Source: Eledone cirrhosa (taxonomy: Eukaryota). From it: a DNA stretch of 64,000 nucleotides. Location: contig OZ024760.1 of assembly GCA_964016885.1 (NCBI GenBank), forward strand, positions 23,126,001 to 23,190,000, read 5' to 3'. Positions 1 through 15,572 of the stretch are shown piece after piece. The notes below the pieces were generated by a model that ran no database searches, had not been told where the DNA came from, and saw only the letters and a program-made list of their open reading frames with translations. Numbering within the stretch: the stretch's first letter is position 1; each line of letters begins with the position of its first letter. Both the position numbers and the translations under genes were made by a program.

Positions 1-873
1 ATATTCGTTTTAAAACACTATCCCCTCTTCAATATGCTATAGAACGAGGATGAATTCGAAAAAATCCCGTTTGGAAAGGAGGATGCACTGAAATTCCCAT
101 ATTCCCTTCCTTCAGGTGAAACTCTCGTGTCGATCCACAACACCAGTGACTATGGAGTAACTGTCGATAACAACATAAGCTGGGCTACTCATATAAACAA
201 CAAAGTTGATATATACGATGTCTTCCTGGATTCTCAGAGCTTTACAGTTGAGAGATATTTACACCTTTATCATTCTCTTATCTCCTTTTTCCTCGCCGCC
301 CCTTGAATAATGTTCCCCATTGTAGTCTCTCCACACGAACTGAAAAATTGGGAAAATCAATCACAAAAAATATAGACGGCTTGACAGGTCTTGATTTTTG
401 GGGTAGACTAGAAAAACTCAATTTCTAATCCCTCCAAAGACACAATTAACTCTAGATTATGTGCATGATGGAAAAATAATCCATCAACATTGCCCAAAAC
501 AAGTTGGCATCATCTTTAACATAGGTACTTGGATCGCGTGCTATCCACCCACAACAAAGGTCAAGCTTGCATCTCTTACAAAATTACAGCACAATTATTA
601 CACCTCAGCTTGCCCAACTCTCTTTAACATTACACCGATAAAAATGAATACAGAAACAGATCCTATGAAACGCAAAATACATTTTGGAAAATTCCTCCAA
701 TAAATTCCGGATAAATTTCCTATATCCGGACCTATCTTCGAAACAATTAACTCACTGTTTGAGTTGGTCATGGTGTCCAAAAAATGAATTGAAAGGCTTT
801 TCCAGGTGATGCAATAAAATTAAACATGGCCTTGCCCAATCCTGACCGAAACCTACCACAGTTATCAAAGTTT
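1..873 (+). mobile_element. Decayed 3' end of a non-LTR retrotransposon (CR1/L2-group LINE ORF2 C-terminus and 3' tail)
   Basis: Frameshifted translations give FGKEDALKFPYSLPSGE, DYGVTVDNNISWATHINNKV, DGLTGLDFWGRLEKL, KIIHQHCP, LFNITP and FLQxIPD. These match the post-RT region of CR1-group LINEs (DLGVxxDxxLxWxxHI / LEYCxPxWSP / YWxRL). The fragment ends at a (TA)n tract. Confidence 0.8.
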
Positions 874-896
874 ATATATACAGTATATATACAGTA

Positions 897-942
<46 letters not shown>

Positions 943-1349
943 CTCACTCTCTGTTTCTCCCCTTCTCACTTCCTCCCGTTTGGCTTGTAGTGGGTTCTCT
1001 TCTTGCTCACATCTCACTCACGTCGGACGGTCTGTACTCCGGTCGCTCATGAAATCCACACAGCTTATGCTGACCGAATAACCATGTTGCTTGTTTATTC
1101 CTATCTTTGCGTTGCTTTCATCCTTCTATGTTGTTTACTTGTCTCACTCGCTTTACGCGATTTACTTGTCCCAATAGCTTTATTTAGCTATTGCTCGCAC
1201 CAACCGGAGGTATATGATATTTAATGCGATGAAATACCAATGAAGGTTGGAAAATCACTGACGAAGGACTATTTTTATCATATGTAACCCATGTGCAACC
1301 ACGCAGTATTCTTCTTTCTTCTCATGTGTTTTATATATATATATATAAA

Positions 1350-1501
1350 ATATAGAATTTGCTTCTAGAGGACTAGAACTGTTTCATGCGAAGGAAATCA
1401 TTAGTTCGAGTTCTATAGAAACCATTTCTATACAAAATATTTATACTCCGGCATGTATAGAGTATATTAAATACTGTGGTTACCCCTATTGAACCCGGGA
1501 T
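1350..1501 (-). mobile_element. Family B short (TA)n-embedded element with a degenerate hammerhead (CTAATGA...GAAA cagttctagtcct)
   Basis: Homologous to 23012-23198; minus-strand core remnant; flanked by microsatellite. Confidence 0.55.
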
Positions 1502-1676
1502 ACACACTCACACACACACACGCACACAGACACATACACACGTACACACATGTATATATATATATATATAATTATATATATGTATACACAGCTCAAGAGT
1601 AACCAATCTTAAAGAAAAAGATGGAGATAGATAATGTCTTCCTTGTGAAATGTGTCGTCTTGTTTTGCTTAACTAA

Positions 1677-1770
<94 letters not shown>

Positions 1771-1872
1771 CGTGCATACATACAAGTCTTCATACACGGA
1801 TAAATAATTACACGTCTTACAAAACTTTCGGTGTATTTACAAAGACCGATTTCTATGAGAACGTCTGGAACA

Positions 1873-1960
<88 letters not shown>

Positions 1961-3028
1961 CGCGTGGGCATTTGTCTGTGTCTCTGTGGGTGTATACATC
2001 AGTGCGATTATATATAAGTGTGGCGCGAGGTTGTTTAGTCTTTAACATAATACTCTTCAACATTTCGAATTCATTAGTAAATCATAAACCGCTGATTAAT
2101 TATTCTCCAAATGTTTTAACGAGATACCTGATTGAACAGACAAATCGTCACGTTTCTCATTCTTATATTCTTGTGTACCGTTGATCTCATTATTCTCTAA
2201 ACGAACGCTCTCCTAATCAGACAATAGGCTTACACAGTTTACACAGTCATCACAGCAGAGTTTACCTTCTTTCTAATTATGCTCTGGACATTCTTTCTCT
2301 TTATCTCTCCCTCTCTTCTCTTTCAAGGCATTTATTTGTTCATTACGTGTACTGTATATATATATATATATATATCTGTGTTTGTTTGTGTGTGTGGATG
2401 TATATATATATATATACATACACACACACACACATATATATATGCATAGATATATATATATATGAACTCATATATAAGTGTAAATGCGTGATTGTGTGTG
2501 TATATATATATATATTTATTTATACACACACACACACACAGCCACACATATACACGTATATATGAGTTCATTCACTGTCCTTCTCTCTCTCTCTCTCTCT
2601 ATCTATCTATATATATATATATACATGTGTGTGTGAGAGTGTATGTGTGTGTATGTGTGTGTACTTATGCATGTATATGTATATACATAAGTATTCACGT
2701 ATGAATAAATATACGGCTTCTTGTCTTACTCTCTCCATCTATCTCATTTACACACACATCCACACACACCCACACAGACACCCACACCCACACACTAACA
2801 CACACACACCAATACACACACATGCATACACACGCAAACCTTCTCTCACGCTTCGTTCCAGCAGCCTATCCAGTACACGTCTCCTCCATCATCTTCACAC
2901 CACTTCCAATGTCTGCTACAGCATACTATTGATTATGTTCATCGATCCGATTCTACTAAGCCGCCAAAATCATTCATTCTACATTCGTTAATAATTAAAT
3001 AAGTTATGTCTAACTGGAAAGGAGCACG

Positions 3029-3140
<112 letters not shown>

Positions 3141-3237
3141 TCATATATGTATATATATATTCATATATATACATATATACACACATGCATACTTCCGTGT
3201 ACATAGATACATGCATATAAATAATACATACACACGT

Positions 3238-3341
<104 letters not shown>

Positions 3342-3426
3342 CCATTAGTATCGTCCAGAAATAGTATTAGACCAGAAATAGCCGTCGAAACAGATTGAGC
3401 TCTGCCGTCGGGGTCATATTTTTCCT

Positions 3427-3542
<116 letters not shown>

Positions 3543-3683
3543 ATATAAACATAAACATATATATACATATATATATAAAAAACTCTGTATATATATATTA
3601 CAAAAGTATACATGTATGAATAATGACATATATATCTGCGTGAGTGTTTGTGAATATACTTATAGATACTTTCTACATTTGTC

Positions 3684-3803
<120 letters not shown>

Positions 3804-4097
3804 ATGTGTGTGTGTGTAGAGAGAGAGAGGGAATCTAGATGTGTGTAGATGTATGTTTGTGTTTACAAGTGTATATGTTTCTCTATGCGTTTATGTGTCA
3901 CTCTATATATGTGACTAAACTCCTCCACCACAAATTTCTGACTCGTTTGAAACACGTTCTTTATAGAATATGAGACATTTCGGAACCAAATTAGACACAT
4001 TGCAACAAAATGAACTGTGTGGTTGCTTTAATGAGTAGCCACAAGCCTACCCTTGGGTGTTGGGTACCACACACAACATTTCTCACTCTCAAATGCG

Positions 4098-5116
<1,019 letters not shown>

Positions 5117-5121
<5 letters not shown>

Positions 5122-5470
5122 TTCTGAATTTGTTTAGCAAGATTCTTTATCTGAAATGGTGTGTTGAAACCGATATTGTTATACTTTGGGAGGGTCATGT
5201 TGCCAATAAGAAACACACGCACCAGTTACTTTCACTTCAATTTATTATAATAAATTTATAATAAATTTATAATTTATAAATATCTGGATGGTTGGTTCCA
5301 CAACCAGATAATTGTTTATACATAGTCATAGTTCTTTTGTCACACACTATGTGACCTCTTCAGTGACTGGGGATTCCTTTCTTTGTTTCTGTGCCTCTCC
5401 TTTGTTCTGTCCTACGCCATTTTTGTGCGTGTGTTTCTTATTGGCAACATGACCTTCCCAAAGTATAACA

Positions 5471-5471
<1 letters not shown>
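5117..5471 (-). mobile_element. Family J element with an internal inverted repeat (5174-5222 vs 5425-5471) and a degenerate hammerhead at 5324-5368
   Basis: Minus strand reads agtca-CTGAAGA-ggtcaca tagtg tgtgac-aaaa-gaac-TA-tgact (5-bp stem I, G12 lost). Its terminus attgttatactt(t)ggg is shared with 13779-13910 and 36548-36680. Confidence 0.6.
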
Positions 5472-5546
<75 letters not shown>

Positions 5547-5574
5547 TTATATATAAATATTTATAAATATATAC

Positions 5575-5627
<53 letters not shown>

Positions 5628-5684
5628 TCTCTATATATATAAAATAAATAAATAAATATATATATATGCATACACATAGAGATT

Positions 5685-5737
<53 letters not shown>

Positions 5738-5992
5738 TGTGTTTAACACAGAGAGAGAGATAGAGAAAGAGAGAGGGAGAGGCTGTGTGGACGTGTATGT
5801 ATGTGTCAGCGGTGTAAAATCGCGTAATTTGAGAAAAACCGTAATTTGGACGAATGCACGATCTGCATGGGGTCCAATCTTCACCTATTTTATATATATA
5901 TATAAGAAATGATTTTTTTTAAAAATAAAAATAATAACTAGATGCCCTACTCAAGTGAACGTATCAGGAAAAAAGAGGAAATCGATTTTTCA

Positions 5993-6030
<38 letters not shown>

Positions 6031-6031
<1 letters not shown>

Positions 6032-6466
6032 GATATTAAATAAATGGAAACTATATTTATAAAACCATATTTATTTCATTATATATATTTCAGGGATATC
6101 ATATTAACAATATGCTATGCCTTCCTCAGACAAAATACAATATAAACAGTTTTATAGATAAATAGATTTGACATACCGTACAACATCGACTTGTATTTGA
6201 AAAGTTTTCAAATACAAGTCGATGTTGTACGGTATGTCAAATCTATTTATCTATAAAACTGTTTATATTGTATTTTGTCTGAGGAAGGCATAGCATATTG
6301 TTAATATGATATCCCTGAAATATATATAATGAAATAAATATGGTTTTATAAATATAGTTTCCATTTATTTAATATCGTAAATATACTCCAAATACTTGTC
6401 GAGTGCTTTTATATCAGTTATAAATATTTACTAGTTGTAACCCAACAATTTAAATATAACTTTCCA
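6031..6466. mobile_element. Family A fold-back element: apparently perfect ~173-bp arms (axis at 6204) plus an ~88-bp 3' extension, inserted in (TA)n
   Basis: 6031-6203 is the reverse complement of 6205-6377; both flanks are (TA)n. Confidence 0.92.
6271..6336 (+). ncRNA. Minimal type I hammerhead ribozyme (family A), mirrored on the minus strand at 6072-6137
   Basis: tattttgt-CTGAGGA-agg..catatt gtt aatatg..cct-GAAA-tatata-TA-atgaaata: 8-bp stem I, palindromic stem III. Confidence 0.78.
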
Positions 6467-6490
6467 TATATATATATATATATATATATA

Positions 6491-6698
6491 GGAACCAGTA
6501 AGACCCCGACAGCTGAGCTCAAGCCGTTTCGACGGCTAATTCTGGACTCAATTCTGGACTCAGTCCAGAATTAGCCGTCGAAACGGCTTGAGCTCAGCTG
6601 TCGGGGTCTTACTGGTTCCTATTACCCACTCTACTACCTCAAGTATTGAGTACATTGGTGCGTTATGGTCCACCTGGTTCCTTACCACATTTCCTTCG

Positions 6699-6700
<2 letters not shown>
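6491..6700 (+). mobile_element. Family I fold-back element retaining the 3' half of a hammerhead (gtc-GAAA-cggc..gctg-TC-ggggtc)
   Basis: Inverted arms around 6545-6562. Family copies also at 3348-3425, 10057-10336, 41095-41450, 46392-46582, 48832-49060, 58405-58587, 62227-62315 and 62713-62920. Confidence 0.8.
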
Positions 6701-6782
<82 letters not shown>

Positions 6783-6883
6783 ATAAAAGTTGAAGAAACG
6801 ATTTCCTCTTTTTTCCTCATACTTTCACTTGAGTAGGACATCTAGTTTTTTATTTTTATTTTAAAACAAAATCATGTTGTAAG

Positions 6884-6965
<82 letters not shown>

Positions 6966-6967
<2 letters not shown>

Positions 6968-7140
6968 GATATTAAATAAATGGAAACTATATTTATAAAA
7001 CCATATTTATTTCGTTATATATATTTCAGGGATATCATATTAACAATATGCTATGCCTTCCTCAGACAAAATACAATATAAACAGTTTTATATATAAATA
7101 GATTTGACATACCGTACAACATCGACTTGTATTTGAAAAG

Positions 7141-7144
<4 letters not shown>
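6966..7144 (-). mobile_element. Family A single-arm copy with a minus-strand hammerhead
   Basis: Near-identical to 6031-6206; (TA)n on both sides. Confidence 0.85.
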
Positions 7145-7207
<63 letters not shown>

Positions 7208-7499
7208 CTTACAACAGTGACATATACAGGTTTTTAACTTGCGTTGCGTTATTCCCCAGAACTCATTCAGCCTCTTATTTAAAATTATATAAAATGAAAA
7301 TGTCTTCCTCCACATGTTGACTTGAGGTTTGTTGCTTGAGGTTGTTACCTGCGCGTGAAAAATTCTCCCGTATTTTTAAAAATCCTCGTATCGACCTGTC
7401 GTGTTAGTCCATTTTTTAAGACAGGTTGCGAAACAAACATTCCCGTTGTATTGATGGGAATATTCGTAAGTCAGATTTAAATAATTACTTCTACATGTG

Positions 7500-7890
7500 G
7501 CAGAAGGCTAGCAATTATCCCAGTGCATTACTGCTACTCTATTTTATCGACCTCGTAAGGATGAAATGCAAAGTTGCCTCGGCTGGATTTGAATTCACAT
7601 CATAAAGGGAGGTAACTCTATGCTTCAATGCATGGTGTCCGACCCTCTACCGATACTGCCAATCCAACGCCCTTGTCAATTAAATAATTGTTTCTACTTT
7701 AGGCACAAGGCCAGAAATTATCCAGTGCATTACTGGTGCTTTATTTTATCGACCCCGTAAGGATGAAAGGCAAAGTTAACCTTGGCGGGATTTGAACTCA
7801 GAATGGCAAGGGCCGTAACTCTATGCTTCAAAGCATGGCTTCCGACCCTCTACCGATACTGCCAATCCACCGCCTTGTGAAATAAATAAT
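7500..7890 (-). mobile_element. Two tandem copies of tRNA-derived SINE family S1
   Basis: Reverse complement of TGGCAGTATCGG (A box) ... GAGTTCAAATCC (B box) ... gcctttcatccttacggggtcgataaaataaag. Confidence 0.88.
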
Positions 7891-8452
7891 GTAATGTAAT
7901 TGTTGGTATAATGTGTGCTTGGTTGCCACAGATTTGTACAGTTCCTTTGTCTACCAACATATCATGAAAAAATTATACATCTTTTATATATTTTGTGTGA
8001 AGAGGACATGTTTTGCTTTATGTCAAACATAAAATTTTACATCTTCGAAATATATATAATAAAATAAATTGAGATGATATGTAAAGTATTTATCTTTCAA
8101 GACTCTCTTCCTGCTATTTCAGGCGTTAACTTAATACATTCATTCCATATACTGTACCGAATGTGTTGTTATATTTGTTTACATTTTATATATATCTATG
8201 TGTGTGTATGTGTGTGTGGGGGGTGGGTGGGTGAGATAGAGACCTTCAACAATTAAATTCGCATAGATTTGACGAGATGTCTAAAAAGAGACGGCGCCAT
8301 CATCTTCACTGTACTCTGAACTTATCAATATCAAAACAAATGCCAATTGAATACTGGTGCTGTAACGCTGATTTCAATTCCTCTTTCTCTGTCTGTTTCT
8401 TTCTTTCTCTCTCTCACTCTCTTTCTCTCAGACCCTCTCTCTCCAAATATAC

Positions 8453-8519
<67 letters not shown>

Positions 8520-8646
8520 GACGAAGCGATGTTTCCCATTGAGGCTTTCTCTCGAGGAAAATCTTAATATCAACTGGTATAGAATAAAGTGATAATATTG
8601 GTACTTCTCCAGTAAACTACAAATCTACTAAACCACTATATATACG

Positions 8647-8677
<31 letters not shown>

Positions 8678-8688
8678 ACTATAAATAC

Positions 8689-8755
<67 letters not shown>

Positions 8756-8857
8756 TGTGTGTTTGTGTATTTATGTGTATGCACATATGTGTATATCATT
8801 CTATATAAACAGGTAAGCAGATTGATACGTAGATTGTGTGAGAACAGATAGATAGGC

Positions 8858-8915
<58 letters not shown>

Positions 8916-9158
8916 TGCTACATATTTAGGCAGATAGAAATGGATAACGCAGATGGCTGGACAATTACATTTCAACTTATGGCAGTTTTAGTCTATATAA
9001 CGGTAAGGTTAACATATCGAATGTTTTGATCGAATGTGCTGGGACATTAATAAAACATCAACTAGCCGCTGGCGACATCGTAAATGTGAATGTGCAAACC
9101 ATATTCATTTGAAAGACCGAGTTTAGACGTATTATTTGATATAGGAAATGACTGCAGC

Positions 9159-9189
<31 letters not shown>

Positions 9190-9389
9190 TATGTATGTAT
9201 ATGCATGTATGTGTATTTATATATATATATATATGTGTGTGTGTTTAAATATATATAGCAACCACTTATTCCGCAATCTCAGTGAGTCCCCAAACAGAAC
9301 CATTTACACATTCTTCTATAATATTTATAGCTGAATGTCTATAAGTATGTAGGTACATAGGTTTGTATAAATATTTGTATATATATATA

Positions 9390-9424
<35 letters not shown>

Positions 9425-9427
9425 GTA

Positions 9428-9503
<76 letters not shown>

Positions 9504-9686
9504 GAGAGAGAGGGAGAGATATGGGTGTTTACATATATATATAAATATATGCGAGAATAAAAGTATATTAGTGTATATATATGTGTTTGGCTATATCAAA
9601 TTGACAATTTGGGAAACAGCTTAGTTGCAACCATAAGTAGGTACCTGTCTGTGTGTTTGTGTGTATATACATATTTACACACGCCC

Positions 9687-9734
<48 letters not shown>

Positions 9735-9842
9735 CAATATCACAGAACACTATGCCTTAAGTTAAACTTAAGTTTCGCAATATAAATGAATTCTATGGAA
9801 GTGAAAAGATGTATCGTTCAACACACACACAGTAAGGCGTTC

Positions 9843-9884
<42 letters not shown>

Positions 9885-9985
9885 CAGTTATAATTTATCG
9901 ATTTATCGATATCACCTCATTGAGTGCTTTATTCCTCTTCAGAAAAATGCCGCTCTCAGTTGCAACCTCTACTTTACTCACTATT

Positions 9986-10056
<71 letters not shown>

Positions 10057-10058
<2 letters not shown>

Positions 10059-10336
10059 CGGAGGAAATGTGGTAAAGAACCAGGTGGACCATAACGCACC
10101 AAAGTACTCAATACTTAGGGTAGTAGAGTGGGTAATAGGAACGAGTAGGACCCCGACGGCTGAGCTCAAGCCGTTTCGACGGCTAATTCTGGACTAATTG
10201 TGACAATCACTTTTACCATATATGGAATTACCCCTTGAGAAGCTCGGCTATTCAAATACCAGGATAAAAATGTTCATTTAGTCCAGAAATAGCCGTCGAA
10301 ACGGCTTAAGATCGGCCGTCGGGGTCCTACTCGTTC
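10057..10336. mobile_element. Family I fold-back with the only near-complete (degenerate) hammerhead of this family, at 10230-10325 (+)
   Basis: acccc-TTGAGAA-gctcggctatt...aatagccgtc-GAAA-cggc..gccg-TC-ggggt; stem I acccc/ggggt. Confidence 0.7.
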
Positions 10337-10337
10337 A

Positions 10338-10448
<111 letters not shown>

Positions 10449-10454
10449 TTATAT

Positions 10455-10630
10455 GTAAAAGGTAAAAAGAAATAACAACACAATCGGTAGAGTATAGAGA
10501 AGGTATATATTAAGTTAACGCTTGATATAGCGGGATGAGGGGCTTAACGTTTCGGATGCTCGTCCTTCACCGAAGAAAGAATGAGGAATAAAATAGTTTG
10601 AGGGGACGGGCGTGATGGAATTGGAAACAA
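10455..10630 (-). mobile_element. Family K element with a degenerate hammerhead at 10543-10575
   Basis: Minus strand: ctt-CGGTGA-a-gga cgagca tcc-GAAA-cg-TT-aag. The rearranged homologue at about 41620-41790 preserves cttCTGATG and ggattagcgtccGAAA. Confidence 0.6.
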
Positions 10631-10647
10631 ATTTAGATAAAAATAAC

Positions 10648-10706
<59 letters not shown>

Positions 10707-10832
10707 AGTACGTTCATTTAGATATATGTGCGTGACGTCGCCAAAACGTTAATTTTGACTAAGATTTGACAGTTTAGGAATTTTCAAAAGTCTATGAAAT
10801 CGATGGCAATATAAGTGAAAATGTGATATATT

Positions 10833-10916
<84 letters not shown>

Positions 10917-10938
10917 CGTGTCTGTGTGTGTGTGTATG

Positions 10939-10986
<48 letters not shown>

Positions 10987-11827
10987 CATAAATATTTATA
11001 TATATATGCATATATATATATACATATTTACATACATACATTAAAACAAATATATATATATGCAAATATATATATATATATAAATATATATATACATATA
11101 TATATACATATATATATATACATAAATATATACATATATATATATATATATATAGCTACATGCAAACATGTACGTATAAACATACTTACGTGCATATGTC
11201 ATTTACATTTGTGCATATTTCATTCTAAACTAATATGCAAAAAACCCAAATGCATTCGTCAAGCAGTTACCAATGTCACATAAACTTTTCTTAGACACAA
11301 ATCTATACAAGCTATATTTACAACATATATACACAGTAACGAGCGTCTATATAAGGAGTTATATATACATAGGTACACACATATATACGGACTTGTATAT
11401 ATGTATGTATGTATGTATATATACAAACAAATACACACTAAGCTAAAAAAGAGATTTCAAAATCAAAATATACTCGTGTTTACATTTGTTTAACAAGTTT
11501 GAAGCGTACGAACATGTACAGTGCAAGCCAGTACACCGATATATAGTTACATACACACATACATTTATATATTTATATATATTTATATATATGTATTTAT
11601 ATATATGTATATATATATATATGTATATGAATATATATATATATGTGTTTATATATATGTACATATATGTATATAGATGTATATATATATATATGTATAT
11701 GTATACATATGTATTAATATATGTATATATATATATATATGTACATATACATGTATATGTATATATATTTATATATTTATATATTTATATATATAGAGAT
11801 TTATATACCAAAAAATATATATATACA

Positions 11828-11877
<50 letters not shown>

Positions 11878-11912
11878 CATATATACATATATATGCAAAT
11901 ATGAACACACAC

Positions 11913-11949
<37 letters not shown>

Positions 11950-11968
11950 ATACATACATATATGTATT

Positions 11969-12036
<68 letters not shown>

Positions 12037-12097
12037 TGTATTTACGTATAGATATAGATATATATTTGCATATATGTATATACATATAGATATATAT

Positions 12098-12131
<34 letters not shown>

Positions 12132-12328
12132 GACTCTGTGTGTGTGTGTGCGCTCATTCCTTCATTACTTATTCACTGCAAATATTTTGGCAAAAATCCA
12201 TAGTCTAGCAATTTGTATTCTAAACAGAAACGTTTTTCTACAAATGGCGTCATCTCTTTCTTTATTCGATCGTTTAATTACACATCAACATTGCATGAAT
12301 GTGTGTGTTTGGCGTCGGAAAATTTTAC

Positions 12329-12376
<48 letters not shown>

Positions 12377-12407
12377 TTCTGTATGTAAATAAGTATATAT
12401 ATGTAGA

Positions 12408-12465
<58 letters not shown>

Positions 12466-12493
12466 TATATATATATATATATGTATATCTATC

Positions 12494-12553
<60 letters not shown>

Positions 12554-12645
12554 CATATGTATGAATATACATATTTATTATACATATACACTTGTGTGTA
12601 TACATACATATACATACATACTGACATGCATAGTTATATATATAA

Positions 12646-12686
<41 letters not shown>

Positions 12687-12913
12687 CATACATAACTGTG
12701 TATGTCAGTATGTATATATGTATGTGTATGTATGTACATGTATATATATATATATACACATATGTATATGTATATGCAAATATATATATACATACGTATG
12801 TAAATACGCACACACAAATACACATATATCTATATATAAGTGTATAGGTATATATATGCACACGCACGCACACACACACATACACATATATATATATATA
12901 CATATATGTACAC

Positions 12914-12947
<34 letters not shown>

Positions 12948-13072
12948 ACATACATATATGTATACGTATACGTACATATATGGATATTTATACATATCTA
13001 TATGTGCATAAATATACATTTATATATACATATGTATACACACCCTCACACATACACACTCAAAGTACACAC

Positions 13073-13123
<51 letters not shown>

Positions 13124-13735
13124 TGTGTGTGTGTATGTATGTGTGTGTTTGTGTGTTTGTTTGTGTGTCTGTGTTTGTGTGTGTGTGTGTATATATTTAT
13201 TTATTTGTAAATGTACCTAAAATGATTGACGAAAAATAAAGCATGTGTCCGAAGATTCATGCCTTCCATATAAACTACATATGCACTGCTATATATATAT
13301 ATATATGCACTCCAAAATATATAATACATATACACTCCTAAATATATACTACATATTCGCTATTATATATATAATATATATGCACTGCTAAACATATAAT
13401 ATATACACACTGCTAAACATATCATATGTATAAACTGCTAAATATATAATATATATATATTGGTAAACGGAAAAGAAAATGCTGACAAATTGTTCACAGT
13501 GAAAAATAGTTTAATTAGGAATAAGTGAAAATTAGTAATAGTATTAGTTAGTAATCAGTTTTGGTTTTAAGTTTTACAGGTTGCGCATTTCTAATGCTTT
13601 TCAAAAATAATTTTGAGATAGAGCGCCCGTGATGTTTGCTCTAATCCCGTGATGTTTGCTCTCTCTCTATATATATATTATATATTTAACAGTGTATATA
13701 TATATATATATAATATACATGCACTGCTAAATATA

Positions 13736-13780
<45 letters not shown>

Positions 13781-13903
13781 CGGCGATGAATTAGTTTTGC
13801 GATATAAAAGACACAGAAGCGAAAAGCGAAAACCAACCAAACGGTGAGTGTGTTCTGTTATTAATTCTGTCAATATTACACAAATATGACCCTCCCCATG
13901 TAT

Positions 13904-13944
<41 letters not shown>

Positions 13945-14004
13945 TGTATGTATATATGTATATATATAATATGTTTACACTTCTAAATGCACTTCACATT
14001 ATTA

Positions 14005-14193
14005 AGTGAATTGGCAGTATCGGTAGAGGGTTGGATGCCATGCTTTGATGCATAGAGTTACGGCCCTTGCCATTCTGAGTTCAAATCCCGCCGAGGTTAA
14101 CTTTGCCTTTCATCCTTACGGGGTCGATAAAATAAAGTACCAGTAATGCACTGGGTAATTGCTGGCCTTGTGCCAAACGTAGAAACAATTATT
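14005..14193 (+). mobile_element. SINE family S1, near full length
   Basis: A box TGGCAGTATCGG, B box GAGTTCAAATCC, conserved central gcctttcatccttacggggtcgataaa, tail gaaacaattatta. Confidence 0.9.
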
Positions 14194-14289
14194 AAGTGTT
14201 GTATTATATGCAATTGTAAGACTGCACTTTATGCCGTACTTTTACCTTTCGTCTACAAATTGTTTGTATTCTCGGTGGAATATTTTAAC

Positions 14290-15115
14290 GGAAGTGCGTC
14301 GCAGGAATTAGGTTTAAGTATTTTACGTCTTCAAGACGTCCTTCCCACCTATTGGATAGGACGGGAGTGTATTACAGTCTGAAAGATTTTCCCAATACTA
14401 GCGGCTCATCAACACGGTGGTTACACTTTTTTCCTGGGCGTGTAAAGACAGAGATTTCAACACTTCCCCCTGGATAGGACGCAATTCCGTCACCGTCTTC
14501 AAGTCGCTCTCCAACCTGGAGGCTGATAACTACGGTGCTTATACAAGTTTCCAAGGGCCTCAAATGATTGAGATTGTATGTCAGCCCTTTGGCTATATAG
14601 GACGCCAGGACATCACAGTCTGTCCCGAATTTGGTGGATCATCAGCATCGTACTTCTACTGGCTTCCTTGAGTGTGAAGCGATTGGGATTCTAAGACGCT
14701 CCTCTGGACAGGACATTATTCCATCACAGATTTAGGTCCGTCTCGAACCTGGATGTTCATGAGAACGCTGCTTATACTGGTTTTCCTGGACGTTAAATGA
14801 CTGAGATTTCAAGACCTCCCTTGGAAAAGACTCCAGTCCATCACATTCATAAATCTGTCTCGACGCCCGAGGTACACCAGGCCGGTTATTATTCGGGTTT
14901 GCCTGGCGTCAAACGATGGCGATTTCAATACCCTATACTGGACAGGACCCCTGTCCATCACAGGGAAAAATCCCCAGCCATTGCTGTCACTCACTTTTAC
15001 ATGAGTATATAGAAATTAATTATTTTTCCTGAACAACACAAAATACTTTCCAGTCCAGAAATCAAACCCACAAGTTATATTCGTAAGTCCAACACTGTGA
15101 CCACTAGGCCAAGCG
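14290..15115 (-). mobile_element. SINE family S2: one tRNA-like head followed by about 6 divergent tandem copies of a ~115-bp 3' module
   Basis: Minus-strand head tggcctagtggt...ggtttgatttc, then repeated tgtgatggac..gtcctgtccag..aatc(t)cagtc..ggaaacc. A single-module copy lies at 29900-30165. Confidence 0.7.
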
Positions 15116-15319
15116 TACTGGTGCAAAAGTGTGTTTTTCTTTTTAATGTAACGATTTTTACACAGCTAAGCACGCCCTTCCTATACTGTTCATTACTATG
15201 GACCGTTTATAACAATAACCCGAGATCAACTTAACTGCATACATATGGCCTAGATTTAGAAACTTAGCCATTCTTTCATTAATGAATATGTTGTTCCAGG
15301 CAAATTAAATATCAATTTC

Positions 15320-15335
15320 TCTTCTCTTCTTTCTT

Positions 15336-15366
<31 letters not shown>

Positions 15367-15379
15367 CTTTATTTATTTT

Positions 15380-15467
<88 letters not shown>

Positions 15468-15572
15468 TATTTTCTTTCTTTCTCTCTTTTTCTTTCTTTC
15501 TTTCTTTCTTTATTTTTCTTTCTTTGTTTATTTATTCATTTATTTATTTTCTTTCTTTCTTTCTCTCTTTCC
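15320..15572. repeat. (TTTC)n microsatellite
   Basis: Direct reading. Confidence 0.97.

Larger units (their letters stand above)
5905..6886. mobile_element. Inverted pair of a ~90-bp repeat (5905-5996 and 6787-6878) bracketing nested family A and family I elements
   Basis: aactagatgccctactcaagtgaa...ttcaacttt vs aaagttgaa...ttcacttgagtaggacatctagtt. Confidence 0.7.

Noticed and set aside
1255-1275. Hammerhead at CTGACGAAGG (also partial motifs near 1835, 8540, 9775, 13590 and 52460)
   Set aside because: Only half the core is present or the stems do not pair; not called.
6031-6466. Classical MITE/Tc1-mariner interpretation of the fold-backs
   Set aside because: Arms are asymmetric, axes vary between copies of one family, single-arm copies exist and arms carry hammerheads. 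This fits inverted retro-insertion better, though it is not formally excluded.
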